Source: Sporopachydermia quercuum (taxonomy: Eukaryota). From it: 64,000 nt of DNA. Of the stretch, positions 48,901 to 60,753 are shown in pieces. The position numbers and the translations under genes were made by a program. The notes under the pieces were generated by a model. It was not told the DNA's origin. It saw nothing but the letters and a program-made list of their open reading frames with translations, and searched no databases. The stretch is taken from assembly GCA_001599295.1 (NCBI GenBank), contig BCGN01000001.1, positions 868,001-932,000 of the forward strand. The letters run 5' to 3'. How positions within the stretch are numbered: the first letter of the stretch is position 1; every line of letters begins with the position of its first letter.

Positions 48901-51900
48901 GAACTTCTCGTCTTGATTTATTCCATTGGTTTTGAGCTAGTTGTGATAATTGATCCCATTCACCTAAAGCATGTAGACATCTCATTTTACCTAAATTAAT
49001 ATCCATTAATGCAGGTTCTTGAGATTTTCTGCTAACTGCTTTCTCTTCAATTTTCTTCTCAATCATTTCTTCCTTTGTTACATAGGTTTCTAGTGCTTCT
49101 TCCCATCTTTGTAGTTTTTCATACCATTCTTCTTTCAGTTCGAGCTTTCTATTATGTTGAGCTTGTTTCAACATACCAACAGCTGCATCGGATTGCTGTA
49201 ATTGATTATTTATACTGATCAATGCTTCAATCGTAGTGGTAGATGGTTCATTATCGTATTCTAGTTCTTTATAATGTAAAGCCTTAGCATAAGCATGACA
49301 TTTCTGGGCATATTCACCTAGTTTATCTATTTCCAATGAAAGAGGGATTTCCACGTGTTCCATAAACTCAGCTAAGTTCAATAATGTCTGATGAATCTCT
49401 GGAGGATTATTTGGTGATTCTAATGCAGTTTTCAATGAAGCAACAAGCTCGTCTTGATGCTGAGAGTATAATTCATTCCAACAGCTAACAAAGGCAACGT
49501 TGAATAAATCACGGGCTAATGGGAAATAAACACTTGCTAATGCTGAACAAGCTCGCAAAGCATGAGAAGGAGATTCTTTCAGTAGTTCAACACTCAATCT
49601 CCGAATCCATTCTTGCCAATCCTCTTTGGTGAACCTTTCATAAGACTTCCAAGCGTTTCTCAATGTTTGTTGATTCACTGGTAATTTCTTGGCATTTATT
49701 TCTGGATGCACTGTTTCGTCGACTTCAGGAACATCTGTTCCAGTATCAAGAACCAAATTTTGAGGAAGCTGTTCACCATTTAATAGTCTATTTACTAACT
49801 GATCATACTGTGATGACTGAATGTTGTTCTGAACAATTGCTTTGTTAATAACTGGTATGAAAACAGTGAAATCGTTGCCCATTTGTATAAGCAACAGGGA
49901 CAGTGTATTCATGGTTGTCTTTTTCAATACTTCATTACTAGATTGGAGAACTCTTAATAAAGGATGGATTATTCTTGATGCTAAATCACTCAAATTCACT
50001 TTCCGTGAGAGCTTGCCAATTGTTTCAATAGCAGCTTTACTTAAAGAGTACGGTGAATATTCAAACATTCGTACTATGTTTGGTATAATCAATGGAATGT
50101 ACTCTTCAATATTAGGACCAAAAACAACGATTGCTTTTAACACTTTCAGCGAAGGCCCTCTTGTGCTAGATCTATCTTGTTCAAAGACATTTAATAGCAA
50201 TGGTAATAGCGTTGGAATATACATTTTGAATTCACCATCAAGAGCTCTTGAAATAGATTCTATGAGCCCAAGAATTGTCACTTGAAGATTAGGATACGAG
50301 AAGTACTCTTTGATGATATCAAAGACATCGGAAAGGAAAGCTCTGATATGTTGTTTCACTATTCCAACCAAAACACCCAATTGTTGGAAATAGAATTCAA
50401 GCATACTTGGAGCACAGGTTCTCATTACTTGTACTAGTCCAGGAATGATTTGGCTTAAGAATGAAACACATCGTAAACCCAAAGCTTTGAATATGTATAT
50501 AATAGCTTGAATCACTGCCGTGTGATGAGTTCCTAAAGAAGGATCTTTTAATATTTTCATCAGTGTGGTTATAACGACAGTTGGATAATAATCATCTACT
50601 GATATCTTCATGCCTTGCATTAATAATGAAACGTCTATCGGTGCTGCGTTTTGCTCCATGGGCATGCTTTTAGAGGTTCTTTCAACTTCACGATATTTAT
50701 ACGGATCCAATGCCCCGAGAATACCTAGTAGTCTCATAGTTTCTCTTCTAACTGCTGAGGATTGTTCAGAACGTAGAATGCTCACAAGCATACCCAAAAG
50801 CTGAGGGTAGTCTAATAATGGTTGAATCACATAGCCAGAACTACTAGATAATTGGCCCAATGTCCTCAATGCTGCATCACGTTTGAAAGCAGAGCTTTGA
50901 TCTTGGAATGTATCTAAAATCAATGGCATCATTTCTGGTATATAAGGATTCATGTCTTCCCCACCAACTTCTGATAATTCACCCAAGGCTGTGATCACAC
51001 TAGCAGCAACATTTGCACTTTGATCTTTTGCCTTTGGTAGAAGCGTTTTGATAATTGGAGTAACATACGGTTTTGCCATGCTGTATGATGATTTGATCAA
51101 TAATGACAGCAGTTTAGCACTTTCTTCCTTTCTTCTAGATATATTAGAGTATTCAAGTTTAGTTAATAACTGGATTAATGTTTTCCGAAGCGACGGAACG
51201 ATATAAGCAGGATTATAGGCAGACAATCTTCCGATTATTTGAATGGCAACCTGTCGAATGGCAAATATTTCATCGTTCATTGACATGAATAATAATCGGA
51301 CATTCTCTGCTTGAGATAGTTGGGCATTGAACTTAGGACCGAAAGAATTAAGCACTTCAAGCCTTATTTCTGGTACAGGATCTGTTATTGCAACAATAAG
51401 TAATTTGTCCAGAACTTCACTCACAGCTTTAATGGCAGCAACACTCTTCTGATAGCATATTTGATCTCTTTGAAAAATAGTTGAAGTAGTCAAAGCAGCT
51501 GCTTTTCTAACTTCAGAGCTGTCATGATCAACATAAGTGATTGTGCATACTCGGGCAAATTCTGTTAGATTGTACGAAGCAAAATCAAAATAAACAAGCA
51601 TATAAAGAGCTCTGCTTATAATATCGGTATCAGTGATCTCTGGCTGGCTTGAGGAGTCCTTTTGAATCATTGCTTCTCTGTATTCAGCTGCTAAAGAAGC
51701 TTGCATTACAGGGGAAGAGTTTGGTGCACCTGGAGGTTTGAATGATGATCCACTTAAACAACGGCTTAATATATTGAGTAATTTTTCGTGAATCTGCCCA
51801 GATAAAGGTGGAATGCATTGGGTTAATACATGAAGAGTTGTTTGCATATGATCAGACAAAACACACGATAGCATCATGTCTAATATATCTCGTTGTAGAT

Positions 51901-53146
51901 ACTTTGTTAACGCAGGCCCAACAGCAGCAGATAATTTACCGATACAACTGAAAATTGCTGGTTCTATTTCCCGTTTATTCTTGCTTTTCTGGCTTAATCC
52001 TTCTCTAACGTTTTCAAGAATTGCATCTAAATAAGGGGCCATGTTCGAATCAACATTCTGAGCAATATCTCCAATTGCTATAAATGCTGCTGCTCTATCG
52101 CGATCTTTCTTAAGTAGAGAAAGCAAATAAAGCATTGTTCTATGTAAATACTTTTTCACGAACTTCTCTTGGTCGTAATCCGTTAATAATGGTAAAACAT
52201 GAAGTACTTCTTGTCGAATGACAGCGACCCTTGAGTCTTTATATTTCATTGAGTTCTCGAAGATCTCATCGTACCTGCTTTTCAGAAACTGGTCACCTTT
52301 TTTAACAAGCTCTCTGTATGCTAATAACGAGCCATGAATAGCCTCTGTTGATCCTATTTTAAATCCTTCTTTCGCACCATCCATAAGCTTTTTGAACCAT
52401 GATTCTTTTAATGCATAATCACGCTCATAGATAATTGTCAGACAGTCCTCTAAAGCTAATGCAGCATCAGCTCTAATAGCTAATTTTGAATCTCTTAGCA
52501 CTACCCAGATATGATCTAAAATTTGATTGACATATCCGTATAATAGTGTAGGGCTATTTTCAGCTAATGCAGCTATTATTAAAACAGCAGCATGGCGTCT
52601 ATATTCTTGTCTATCAGATTGCAAATATTCTAGAGAACGCTTTGTTTCGAATTCAACAAAATCTGCTGTCAGAGTTCCACCTGGTATTGCTAATCTACCT
52701 AATGTACTTGCGGCAAGTCTCATAGCATCGACATCATTAGATGGGATAACGATTCTAAGATAATTAGCAAAACGAGTTATCTTGGTAGTATTTTCTTCGC
52801 CCCCATCGAAATCTATTAAAGCATCAATAGCTAAAATACCACCGATTCTCTCGCTACTATCCGTTGAGTGTATCAGCTCAAATATACGTTTATTAACATC
52901 ATTATTGTATCTGGTGAATTGTTCAGGAGATATCTCCCGGGAAGTGGTAGTAAGATGATTACGTAAATCAATGGCTGATCTCAATTTCTCTTGCGAAGAA
53001 TGTGACTTCAAACCAAGAAATATTTGATCAATCGCTGTTGTATCAATGGTTGCTGATTGCTGACCAGTACCTTGTTGACCCTGAGGCCCTTGGTGGGCCT
53101 GTTGATGCTGAATTGGCTGTTGCTGTTTTTGAGTTAACGACATCAT
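45956..53146 (-). CDS. TOR: TOR serine/threonine kinase (HEAT, FAT, FRB, PIKK, FATC)
   Basis: [61 protein letters not shown] and C-terminal GWCPYW. Confidence 0.98.
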   Translation of the reverse strand: MMSLTQKQQQPIQHQQAHQGPQGQQGTGQQSATIDTTAIDQIFLGLKSHSSQEKLRSAIDLRNHLTTTSREISPEQFTRYNNDVNKRIFELIHSTDSSERIGGILAIDALIDFDGGEENTTKITRFANYLRIVIPSNDVDAMRLAASTLGRLAIPGGTLTADFVEFETKRSLEYLQSDRQEYRRHAAVLIIAALAENSPTLLYGYVNQILDHIWVVLRDSKLAIRADAALALEDCLTIIYERDYALKESWFKKLMDGAKEGFKIGSTEAIHGSLLAYRELVKKGDQFLKSRYDEIFENSMKYKDSRVAVIRQEVLHVLPLLTDYDQEKFVKKYLHRTMLYLLSLLKKDRDRAAAFIAIGDIAQNVDSNMAPYLDAILENVREGLSQKSKNKREIEPAIFSCIGKLSAAVGPALTKYLQRDILDMMLSCVLSDHMQTTLHVLTQCIPPLSGQIHEKLLNILSRCLSGSSFKPPGAPNSSPVMQASLAAEYREAMIQKDSSSQPEITDTDIISRALYMLVYFDFASYNLTEFARVCTITYVDHDSSEVRKAAALTTSTIFQRDQICYQKSVAAIKAVSEVLDKLLIVAITDPVPEIRLEVLNSFGPKFNAQLSQAENVRLLFMSMNDEIFAIRQVAIQIIGRLSAYNPAYIVPSLRKTLIQLLTKLEYSNISRRKEESAKLLSLLIKSSYSMAKPYVTPIIKTLLPKAKDQSANVAASVITALGELSEVGGEDMNPYIPEMMPLILDTFQDQSSAFKRDAALRTLGQLSSSSGYVIQPLLDYPQLLGMLVSILRSEQSSAVRRETMRLLGILGALDPYKYREVERTSKSMPMEQNAAPIDVSLLMQGMKISVDDYYPTVVITTLMKILKDPSLGTHHTAVIQAIIYIFKALGLRCVSFLSQIIPGLVQVMRTCAPSMLEFYFQQLGVLVGIVKQHIRAFLSDVFDIIKEYFSYPNLQVTILGLIESISRALDGEFKMYIPTLLPLLLNVFEQDRSSTRGPSLKVLKAIVVFGPNIEEYIPLIIPNIVRMFEYSPYSLSKAAIETIGKLSRKVNLSDLASRIIHPLLRVLQSSNEVLKKTTMNTLSLLLIQMGNDFTVFIPVINKAIVQNNIQSSQYDQLVNRLLNGEQLPQNLVLDTGTDVPEVDETVHPEINAKKLPVNQQTLRNAWKSYERFTKEDWQEWIRRLSVELLKESPSHALRACSALASVYFPLARDLFNVAFVSCWNELYSQHQDELVASLKTALESPNNPPEIHQTLLNLAEFMEHVEIPLSLEIDKLGEYAQKCHAYAKALHYKELEYDNEPSTTTIEALISINNQLQQSDAAVGMLKQAQHNRKLELKEEWYEKLQRWEEALETYVTKEEMIEKKIEEKAVSRKSQEPALMDINLGKMRCLHALGEWDQLSQLAQNQWNKSRREVRRIVAPMAAAAAWCLGQWDRMDTYIDVMKEESPDRAFFSAILMVHENNFEEASKHIVKARDLLVTEITALVNESYNRAYNIVVRVQMLAELEETITYKSLPDRSEKKTLMRKTWTRRLKGCQRNVDIWHRILHIRGLVITPKEDMEMWIKFANLCKKSGRFGLAETALNSLLDKDESGNPSSLKGPPPVVYAQMKYMWATGNYREAYEHLVGFTDGLSVGLGLNPTNIQLQAVPTEIPGVPKESVEENVKLLARCFLKQGEWQINLHDNWIKENSQKILASYQLATKFDATWYKAWHNWALANFEVISYHTRHENENDKTETYPSWLINDHVIPALKGFFHSISLSQSSSLQDTLRLLTLWFKFGGLPEPSHAILDGFQMIKIDTWLEVIPQLISRIHQPNQVVNRTLHSLLTELGKTHPQALVYPLNVAIKSDSVSRQIAAKTILDKMRLHSATLVEQAELVSHELIRVAVLWPELWNEGLEEASRLYYTDRDYKGMIAVLEPLHEMMKKGPETNREASFQSTFGRDLNDAHEWILNYQRTDEDTHLQRAWDIYFNVFRKIHRIISTLQSLDLQFVSQKLLAARDLELAMPGTYKAGSPVIRIKAFDPIFTVIASKQRXRRFTIKGSDGKDYTYVLKGHEDIRQDNLVMQLFGLVNTLLGNDPESFKRHLDIQRYPAIPLSPKSGLLGWVPNCDTFHVLVRDYREPREIVLNLELRMMQQRAPDLEKLTALQKLEVFIHALDNTSGQELSKVLWLKSRSSEAWLDRRTTYTRSLAVMSMVGYILGLGDRHPSNLMMDRVSGKVVHIDFGDCFEAAMFRDRYPERVPFRLTRMLVYAMEVSGIEGSFRITCENVMRVLRDNKESLMAILEAFVFDPLINWGFEIPISSDETTKTQAIDANELLKRGEIDEEGAMRIELQQKAELRNARASLVLKRIINKLTGNDFPTAGELDVPEQVDRLIQQATNIEKLCQHYLGWCPYW

Positions 53147-54075
53147 TAACCTACTGACTAACTAACTTCAAACATTGACCAAACAGGTCTTCTATATTTA
53201 ATCAATTCTATCAATCAATATTGGTCGATAAATCCAGCAGTAATGACTTGGTCAATTCTGTTGAAATACTTGCGATTGTTTGAATATGTTATTAGTAATT
53301 AGTTAATCATCTGCCCCCATTAATATCTCAGCAAGGTAACCAATCCATGCATAGATATGACAAATCTCTTTTAAAGAAGAACGCTTCAGCCTGTGACAAG
53401 TTAATCAACCAATCAGATGTCTTAAGTTGGCAATCTGGTTAGAATCATTTATATTATTCAGAATAGACTTGTGATTAATAACTATCAATAGATTTACGGG
53501 TGATATATTTAGTAGTAAATGTCAGACCTATTCATCTTCTGCTATTCCTAGTCAAATACTCCAAACCATTATGTGGCTTAACCTACTTAGAGTTTGGATT
53601 AATTGCATCTTTTGCATGTATCTGCATGTTTCCGCATATTCTTGCTTTATTATAATCATTTTACATGTANTGTTTTAAGTTAAGGTTTTTGTGTTGTTAA
53701 GCACTTCAATGCACTGTTTTGAATATGGTAATTTTGATAAACTCAATTTGGGTTCTTTTCGTCTTTTTGGACTCAGATCGCAAATTATTCGAAAGCATAT
53801 GTACTTTAAGATGTCAAAACCAGATAAGCATTGGAGATATAACAAATTGATGAATGTTCCTAAACTAATATCTGTACTTTATTGCTATTTATCGGTTACT
53901 GGTTTAGTGATTGAGAAGGAGTCTTAGGAAGAATAGTATCAGAGCGAAAGGACCAAGGAGCTAAAGAACCTGTTACTGCTGAAAAGAACGATTCTAATAG
54001 CTGTCAACTCACATTTGGATTGTCGAGCTTGCGCAACGTTTGAAGATGATTCAGTAGCTGACTATTGTATCATAA

Positions 54076-55917
54076 ATGAGCCAGAAAACTAGCTGCTGTA
54101 ACAGTGAAGAAAGCTTTGATTTGATAAAAGCAGTTACTAATTTCGATGGTTGTAAACAGCCAAAGAACATAGTAATATGTATTGATGGGACTAGGTCAGA
54201 GTTCAGTCCAAAGCCTTCAACTAATGTCTTGAGACTATATAAACTACTCGATAAAAACCAGCATCAAATCGTTTATTATCAACGTGAGGAACACTTTATT
54301 CCTAAAATTGAATTCTGACTAACACCTTCTAAAAATTGGTTTTGGAATTAACTGAGGCAAACTAACATCGAATTAGCTGGTATTGGGATTAGCTCTCATG
54401 AAGAACCGGGCTGTGGGGTTATCGGAACAGTACTGGCTGTTGGAACTTGGATTATCAATAGGATTGATTCAATGATAGCATTCAGCTTAGGAATGAGAGT
54501 TATTGCTGCGTACAAATTTCTAATGAGATTTTACAACCCTGGAGATAAGATATTCTTGTTTGGATTCAGTAGAGGTGCTTTCACCGCTAGAGTATTGGTA
54601 GGAATGATTGAAAAGATTGGTTTACTAGTACCTGGACAAGAAGACTTGGCTCCACTAGCTTGGAGGTTGTACAGGAACTGGGAGTACTCCGGTCAACCAG
54701 CTCAGCCAGATTCAACGACAACATTGGCGGAAGAGGTATTTCTTACTTATTCTTTGCATTCTTAGCAACATAAAATATGTGTTATGTGATCTTGATAGTA
54801 TTCTGTCTGGATACTAACGAACATTTTGAAGTTCAAACTGACGTTCAGTCGTGATGTTCCTATTTTCTTCGTGGGGCTCTGGGATTCTATCAACTCTGTA
54901 GGGATTTTGTATGATCAACTGTTTCCATTTACTGCTCGTACGAAGGATGTTCATCATGTACGCCATGCGTTGAGTCTTGACGAACGAAGAGCCAAATTCA
55001 AACAGAACCTGTTTCAACCCTGCATTTATACCCCAATGCTGTTTTCACTGGAATGCAAAGAAGAACCACTGCGGAATTCTAACTCAGTCATTTGTATCGA
55101 TCCTAATTCAAGTCATTTGAACCAACAGAACTACAGTGCTTTAAACAATTATTCTTACATTTGCTTTTCTCAATTCCAGTTTTCCAAGAGAGCTGGATTT
55201 GTTCCTACTTCTAGACCACTGGTCAGATCGAATGTTGTTCCTATCTATGGGGTAATCTATGTCTCTAAGCAGAAACATTACGTCTGGTCTTCTTCGTCTT
55301 CCTCGTACGAGAGATCTCGTGAAGATTATACCATTAGTCCAGATTTAGTTGAACTCTGGTTTCCTGGTGATCATTCAGATGTAGGAGGAGGTTGGGATAG
55401 TAGTCCTTCGTTGTTTGAAGGGTCGAATACGTTATCAAACATTTCTTTGTCGTGGATGATAGCTGAAGCTAGTAATTTTGGTTTATATTTCAATCTCAAA
55501 CGGTTAAAAAGATTTCACAAGTTATGCAGTTGCCGAGATAACCTATCAGCCCCATCTCATGATGTTTTAAGAGTAGATCTGAAAGGACGGTTTCAGAACT
55601 ATTGGAGAAGAAGTACTAATTATTTACAACAGAGGTCAACTTCATTAGCACCATGGATGTATACATTTTCGTGGTGGATATTGGAGTTCTTCCCTCTAGG
55701 ATATAAGCTAGAAGGAACTGATGGTCAATGGAGAAAAATAGTGGTTCCAAATCTCGGAAGACCAAGAAAATTACCAAATGATGCTCAAATGCATTGGAGT
55801 GTTGGTTGGCGAATGAAGCTGGTCGAGTCTTATCGGCCAATGAATGCTCGAGGGTTTGTTGATTTCAATGACCTTGAAGGAGATATTCCGGACGATTTAA
55901 ATTTCATCAGAGGCTGA
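54076..55917 (+). CDS. DUF2235 (Tle1-phospholipase-like alpha/beta hydrolase, YEL023C-like); exons 54076-54283, 54377-54735 and 54832-55917
   Basis: KNIVICIDGT, TNV, spliced YYQ|PGIG, GFSRGAFTAR, GLWDSINSVG, RHALSLDERR and WFPGDHSDVGGG. Introns 54284-54376 (GTGAGG/AACTAAC/TAG) and 54736-54831 (GTATTT/TACTAAC/AAG). Confidence 0.88.
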
Positions 55918-56456
55918 CAGAGGAAATTGTTATATGCCATTTTAATCTATTCGCTTGGTTTCATTTGTTCAGGTTCTTACGGTTATTCTCGTTGAAAAAG
56001 ATACACCAAAATATATGAAATAGGAATAAAAATAATATCAACACATCCTATATAGTAAATACAACGTATAGACAACCAAACGACAAAACCTCGTCAATGA
56101 TAATTGTAAAATCCAAGATAATTCCGTCTAGAAGATTGCTTCGTTGCATTCACGAACTTTTCAAGTTTTTATTGTTATTAAAACTTTCACATCATTCAAA
56201 TGCATCAGCGAATAGTGAGAAGATAAGGTGAAATTGGTTAAAACATGCAATATCTATATAAGAATATATCTGACAAGTAAATAACAACAAAACAATTGAT
56301 TGACGTAGTATAACAACCAATCCTCAAGTTAAATCATTAAACTCTCATCAAATCTATAAACCGAAAAACATCAAAAACTCTCACTTCACTAAACTCTTTC
56401 TTCGTTTCCTCCCCAGTGACCTTCATTTAATTCAATTCATTAGATAGTTTATGTAC

Positions 56457-57522
56457 TTAACCAATCACAAGAGTAGTGTCATCAGTGAAGTCGTATTCAG
56501 GAATTTCCAAGTTAAGGGGAGCGGGACCTCTTCTAATTCTACCAGAGATATCGTAATGAGAACCGTGGCAGGGGCAGAACCAACCACCAAAGTCACCAGC
56601 TTCACCAATAGGGACACAACCCAAATGGGTGCAGATACCCAACATGATTAACCATTCTGGCTTAACAACTCTGTCGGCATCAGCTTCAGGATCACGTAAA
56701 GTAGAGATATCAACTTCATTAGCTTCTTCGATTTCAGAAGCAGTTCTATGTCGGATAAAAACGGGCTTACCTTGCCACTTGACAATGACATTCTTACCTT
56801 CAGGAATAGCATCTAACTTTACTTCAACTTTAGCCATAGCTAAAATATCAGCGGAAGCTGACATAGAGGACAAGAATGATTGAACTGTGGCTTTGGCACC
56901 AGCAGCACTTAGAACACCCAATGAACCAACCATGAAATATGAGAAAACACGGTTAGAATCGGAGTTTCTATTTTCTTTTATGTATTTGGAAAAATCAGGA
57001 GCTTTGTAGGGAGAATTGTTTTTGGCTGAAGTGCTACTGATAGATCTGTTGTCTAAATTCAAAATGTTAGTATTGACTCCACATTAGCATACATGATCCA
57101 TAGTTGAAAGCATGGTGCTGTGCTGCATCTCCTAAACGTTGTAGTTTATTATAATGTCGAGCTTTGATATAATTTCGATTCTTAGCACTTTGTAATCATA
57201 GATTTGTTGATAGCTGTTTAATATTGCAGTGCAACACTTCTTAATGTCTTCTTTCCATTCTATACTTCACCATCCTTGTTGTAAAAGTTCATCAATTCAT
57301 TGATCAATCGCTCGTCCATCTCGTTCGAAATACTCAACACTTGCACATTCATCGAAGACATCCTGCACATTTTTCACATATAATCACAATGCAGATCAAA
57401 CATCCAAGCCTTTACAATAATAACATACATTGAATAGAAGCAACCTTGGCAGGCAAACTGCTTCGAACAACAGACTTGCTGGCAAGTGCCGAAGCTCTTA
57501 AGAAAGCAACAGGAGCAGACAT
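56457..57522 (-). CDS. RIP1: Rieske iron-sulfur protein of cytochrome bc1; exons 57522-57429 and 57052-56457
   Basis: CTHLGCVP and CPCHGSHYD motifs. Exon 1 encodes a presequence [26 protein letters not shown]. The 376-nt phase-1 intron 57053-57428 has GTATGT, TACTAAC and TAG. Confidence 0.97.
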
Positions 57523-57878
57523 TATGAATACACACTAATTGACAAGAGAGTAAATTAATAATCCTTTAATTCTTTCTAAGTCAGTAGATTCAATAACAAT
57601 CTAATGTACCTTTTCTTCATATACCAAATTCCTTCCCAGGTCTTTCATCCATAAGGTAAGAAAGTGTTATTTGACAAAACGATGTGCAGTACACAATTTG
57701 TTTTCCAAGAAGCAATAAACTGGCTCGTTGTTGGTCGGTTATGATCTTGTACATGTCAAAATGATTGCATATAGATACATAATATGTATATGAGCTCTGC
57801 AGAAATATGCATGGAAAACACTGAGAAGGATTATTACATGTGAAATAAAATCAGCAAAATAATCATAAAGATGACCGG

Positions 57879-58095
57879 AGATTGGTGGATTTTGTTTTAA
57901 CTGAATGCAAGAATCTGCAAGGTTAAATGGGAAAAATATTCAGAGAACACATGTAAATAATAATGCTGGGTCTTTGCTCAGAACTGCATGTATGGGTGTA
58001 GAAATCAGCTGACCTCATCGGGTTGACTCAATAAAGTTTGTAACCATTTGACAGAGTAGAATTAACAAGCTTTGATTTTCGTGGTTATGATTGGT
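57879..58095. promoter_or_regulatory. CCAAT (Hap2/3/4/5) boxes upstream of RIP1
   Basis: AGATTGGT 57879-57886 and TGATTGGT 58088-58095; TGACTCA near 58024-58030. The HAP complex is known to control respiratory genes. Confidence 0.45.
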
Positions 58096-58836
58096 TTAAG
58101 AGATGTCACATGATTAGTAGTTTTAGTTAATCGAGTACTACCACCAGAATCGCACGGTTCAGATTTATATTTGATGATGTAAGCATTAATAGAATCCAAT
58201 AGCAATTACAGATGAGATATGTGTTCAAAGCTTGCAATCTTACTGAAAAGACTTTGAGGTTTTCTCATTTCTGAAGGACTTTAGACCATAAAATGAAAAT
58301 GGTTAATTGATCAACTGAAAAGACAGAAATCTTCCAATCTGACTAAGTTAGGGATCAACCAAGTTGGAGTACAGGAACATATACAACTGCAGGTAATAAA
58401 TACAACAGAAAAACCACTTTTCATATCAATTAAGTAAAGAACACCTGGATATCACATGTCTAAAATCTTACTCAATTAGATGATATTCTAGATAATAATT
58501 TCGGTTCGTCTTTATCATGTGAAAACTGGTCATTAAGAAACATAAAGATATCGGATATTATCACATGCCTTTACTTCAATCATCTCCGAAATATTTAATG
58601 CTTTTGCACCACGATATCACCAACGGACTGTCCTATTATTCCGATCTTACTGTTTGGTATTTATCCTAGATCCATATTTCATTTTTGAGCAAGAGTGAAC
58701 ATAATATACAGAGCTGACTGTGTTATATTCGGTTGATTGTTCCAACAGGAAATCTCACCGAAGCTTACCCGATATTTTTGTACTTGAATCATTCTCTTCA
58801 ATTGATCAACATTCATAACTAACTCAATCTCTAATA

Positions 58837-59847
58837 ATGAGTTTCTTTTGGAACTTCCTTGCAATGATCAAATCTGGGAGAGATGTGTCAGAATTAACAT
58901 TCCCACCAGAAAATTATCCTAATCTTTCGGGAAAAGTAGCNATAGTCACCGGAGGAAACTCTGGTCTTGGATTTGAGGTCACAAGGCTTCTAATCCTACA
59001 ACAATGTCATGTTTATATCTTGGCTAGATCTTCAGAGAAGGCAGAAAGCAAAATCGAACAGCTGAAAGCAGAATCTAAAGAAAAGGGTATTGGGTGTCTT
59101 GTTGAGTTTATACCTTTGGACTATACTGACCTTTCAACTGTAAAGAGAGCTGTTGATGTCTTCTTATCAAAAGAAAGTAGGCTCAATTTTCTTGTTCATA
59201 GTGCTGGGATAATGATACCTGAACGTGATCTTCATGGATGGGAGTCAAGTCACGGTCACGAAATACATCTAGCCACTAATAATATAGGGCCACATTTACT
59301 ACAACGATTGCTGAATGATTTGATGCTGAAAACAAGCGAGACCGGGGAACGTGTTGCCATCGCATGGGTTAGTTCGCTCCTATATTATCTGTCAAGTGAG
59401 GGAGGGATCAATTGGGATGATTTACGACACGAACAAGGTAGGAAAACCACAGTATTACCTTACAGTCAATCAAAAGCAGGAACTCTAATTCAAGCACATC
59501 AATGGTCCAATAAGATCGGAAATGGGAAAATTGTGTCAGTGGGAATTAGACCTGGTAGATTANAGACGGATTTGGATCGTTATAGTAACAAAAAGAAATC
59601 CCTGTTTTCTGAATATCTAGGAAAATACTTCAGTGGGCATGAACCTATATATGGTGCATATCCTGTGATGTTTGCTTTACTGTCAACCGAAATAACTTCT
59701 AAAGATAATGGTTCATTGATTGTTCCGATGAGTAAAATCGGCGTCATTAGGGAAGATATCAAGATGTCCAGCCAGGGAGAAAACGGAGAAAAGTTCTGGA
59801 AATGGTTAGATGATGCCATTAAACCTTTTGTCANTCCTGGAGAGTAA
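58837..59847 (+). CDS. Short-chain dehydrogenase/reductase (retinol-DH/WWOX-like subgroup)
   Basis: TGGNSGLG cofactor motif, HSAGIM, ATNNIGPHLL, VSS and catalytic YSQSK. Confidence 0.9.
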   Translation: MSFFWNFLAMIKSGRDVSELTFPPENYPNLSGKVXIVTGGNSGLGFEVTRLLILQQCHVYILARSSEKAESKIEQLKAESKEKGIGCLVEFIPLDYTDLSTVKRAVDVFLSKESRLNFLVHSAGIMIPERDLHGWESSHGHEIHLATNNIGPHLLQRLLNDLMLKTSETGERVAIAWVSSLLYYLSSEGGINWDDLRHEQGRKTTVLPYSQSKAGTLIQAHQWSNKIGNGKIVSVGIRPGRLXTDLDRYSNKKKSLFSEYLGKYFSGHEPIYGAYPVMFALLSTEITSKDNGSLIVPMSKIGVIREDIKMSSQGENGEKFWKWLDDAIKPFVXPGE

Positions 59848-59955
59848 TGAACAGGCTACACTAGCAATTGGTCTCTACTACGAAATGCAATAAATCTAGT
59901 AGTAAAATTAGGGTTCTGGAGTAGAAGATTCCTCTACATCAAATTCTATTTGATG

Positions 59956-60753
59956 TTATTGATCTTGAAATTCCTGTAACAGTTCTTCAATTTTCAAACG
60001 TTGAGAAAAACTCATGCGTGAGATATCTGTGTTAACTAAGGATTTTGACAAATCTGTTTCATTTTCAGGTATAATCCCGGATACCTTCAACGAGGATAGC
60101 TGTGGTAAAACGTGCAACTCAACATCGACATCTACTTCGTCATTTCTATCACAAATCTCATTACTTCGAGTAGGTTGTAGAAATTTATTGCTTGAAGTAA
60201 TTGTTATCGGCAATGATGTTGACAACAACCTCTGATTAGAATCCGTAACATTGAGATAGGAGGGACCCTGTTGATTACTTTCTTCAGCTTCTTCTAAAGA
60301 GTCAGAAAATGCTTCCCGTTCTTCATAAAAATCTTCAGTGCTACTGCACTCTTCAGTCTCTTTTATTTCTTCTAATTCCATTGAGCTTTTGGATCTTCTT
60401 GAAGATAACGTACGACGGGGTTGTGAAATTGGCTCATCCTCCATATCAAACATTAGTGTGTCATCTGGTTCATTAGACAGACTTTTAGCTCGCCTTCGTT
60501 CAGGTCTTCTTCTAACAGTCCTATCTGATGCTGATGGTAACGATGATTGACTATCGTTTGATTTAGAGGATTTGTTGGAGCTAGAAGGCGCATCGGTAGT
60601 GATAATTCCTAGACTACCAGTGTGGTCGTCAAACAAAGGTTCATGCCTCTCGGTCTCTTTGAAACTTACACTTTTATGCCTTCTTAGGTTTTTGATTGTT
60701 TTATTTGATGTAGCGGTTATATCTTCGTTCGGTTTGTTGGTATTAGGTTCCAT
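59956..60753 (-). CDS. Uncharacterised, largely disordered 265-aa protein with short linear motifs (candidate PRAS40-like)
   Basis: ATG-initiated ORF, S/E/R-rich; motifs KSVSF, RRRAKS, LMFDMEDE, STSLPITI and RMSFSQRL. Confidence 0.75.
   Translation of the reverse strand: MEPNTNKPNEDITATSNKTIKNLRRHKSVSFKETERHEPLFDDHTGSLGIITTDAPSSSNKSSKSNDSQSSLPSASDRTVRRRPERRRAKSLSNEPDDTLMFDMEDEPISQPRRTLSSRRSKSSMELEEIKETEECSSTEDFYEEREAFSDSLEEAEESNQQGPSYLNVTDSNQRLLSTSLPITITSSNKFLQPTRSNEICDRNDEVDVDVELHVLPQLSSLKVSGIIPENETDLSKSLVNTDISRMSFSQRLKIEELLQEFQDQ

Noticed and set aside
57053..57428. Long RIP1 intron as a snoRNA host
   Set aside because: No CTGA D box on the sense strand and no evident H/ACA layout.
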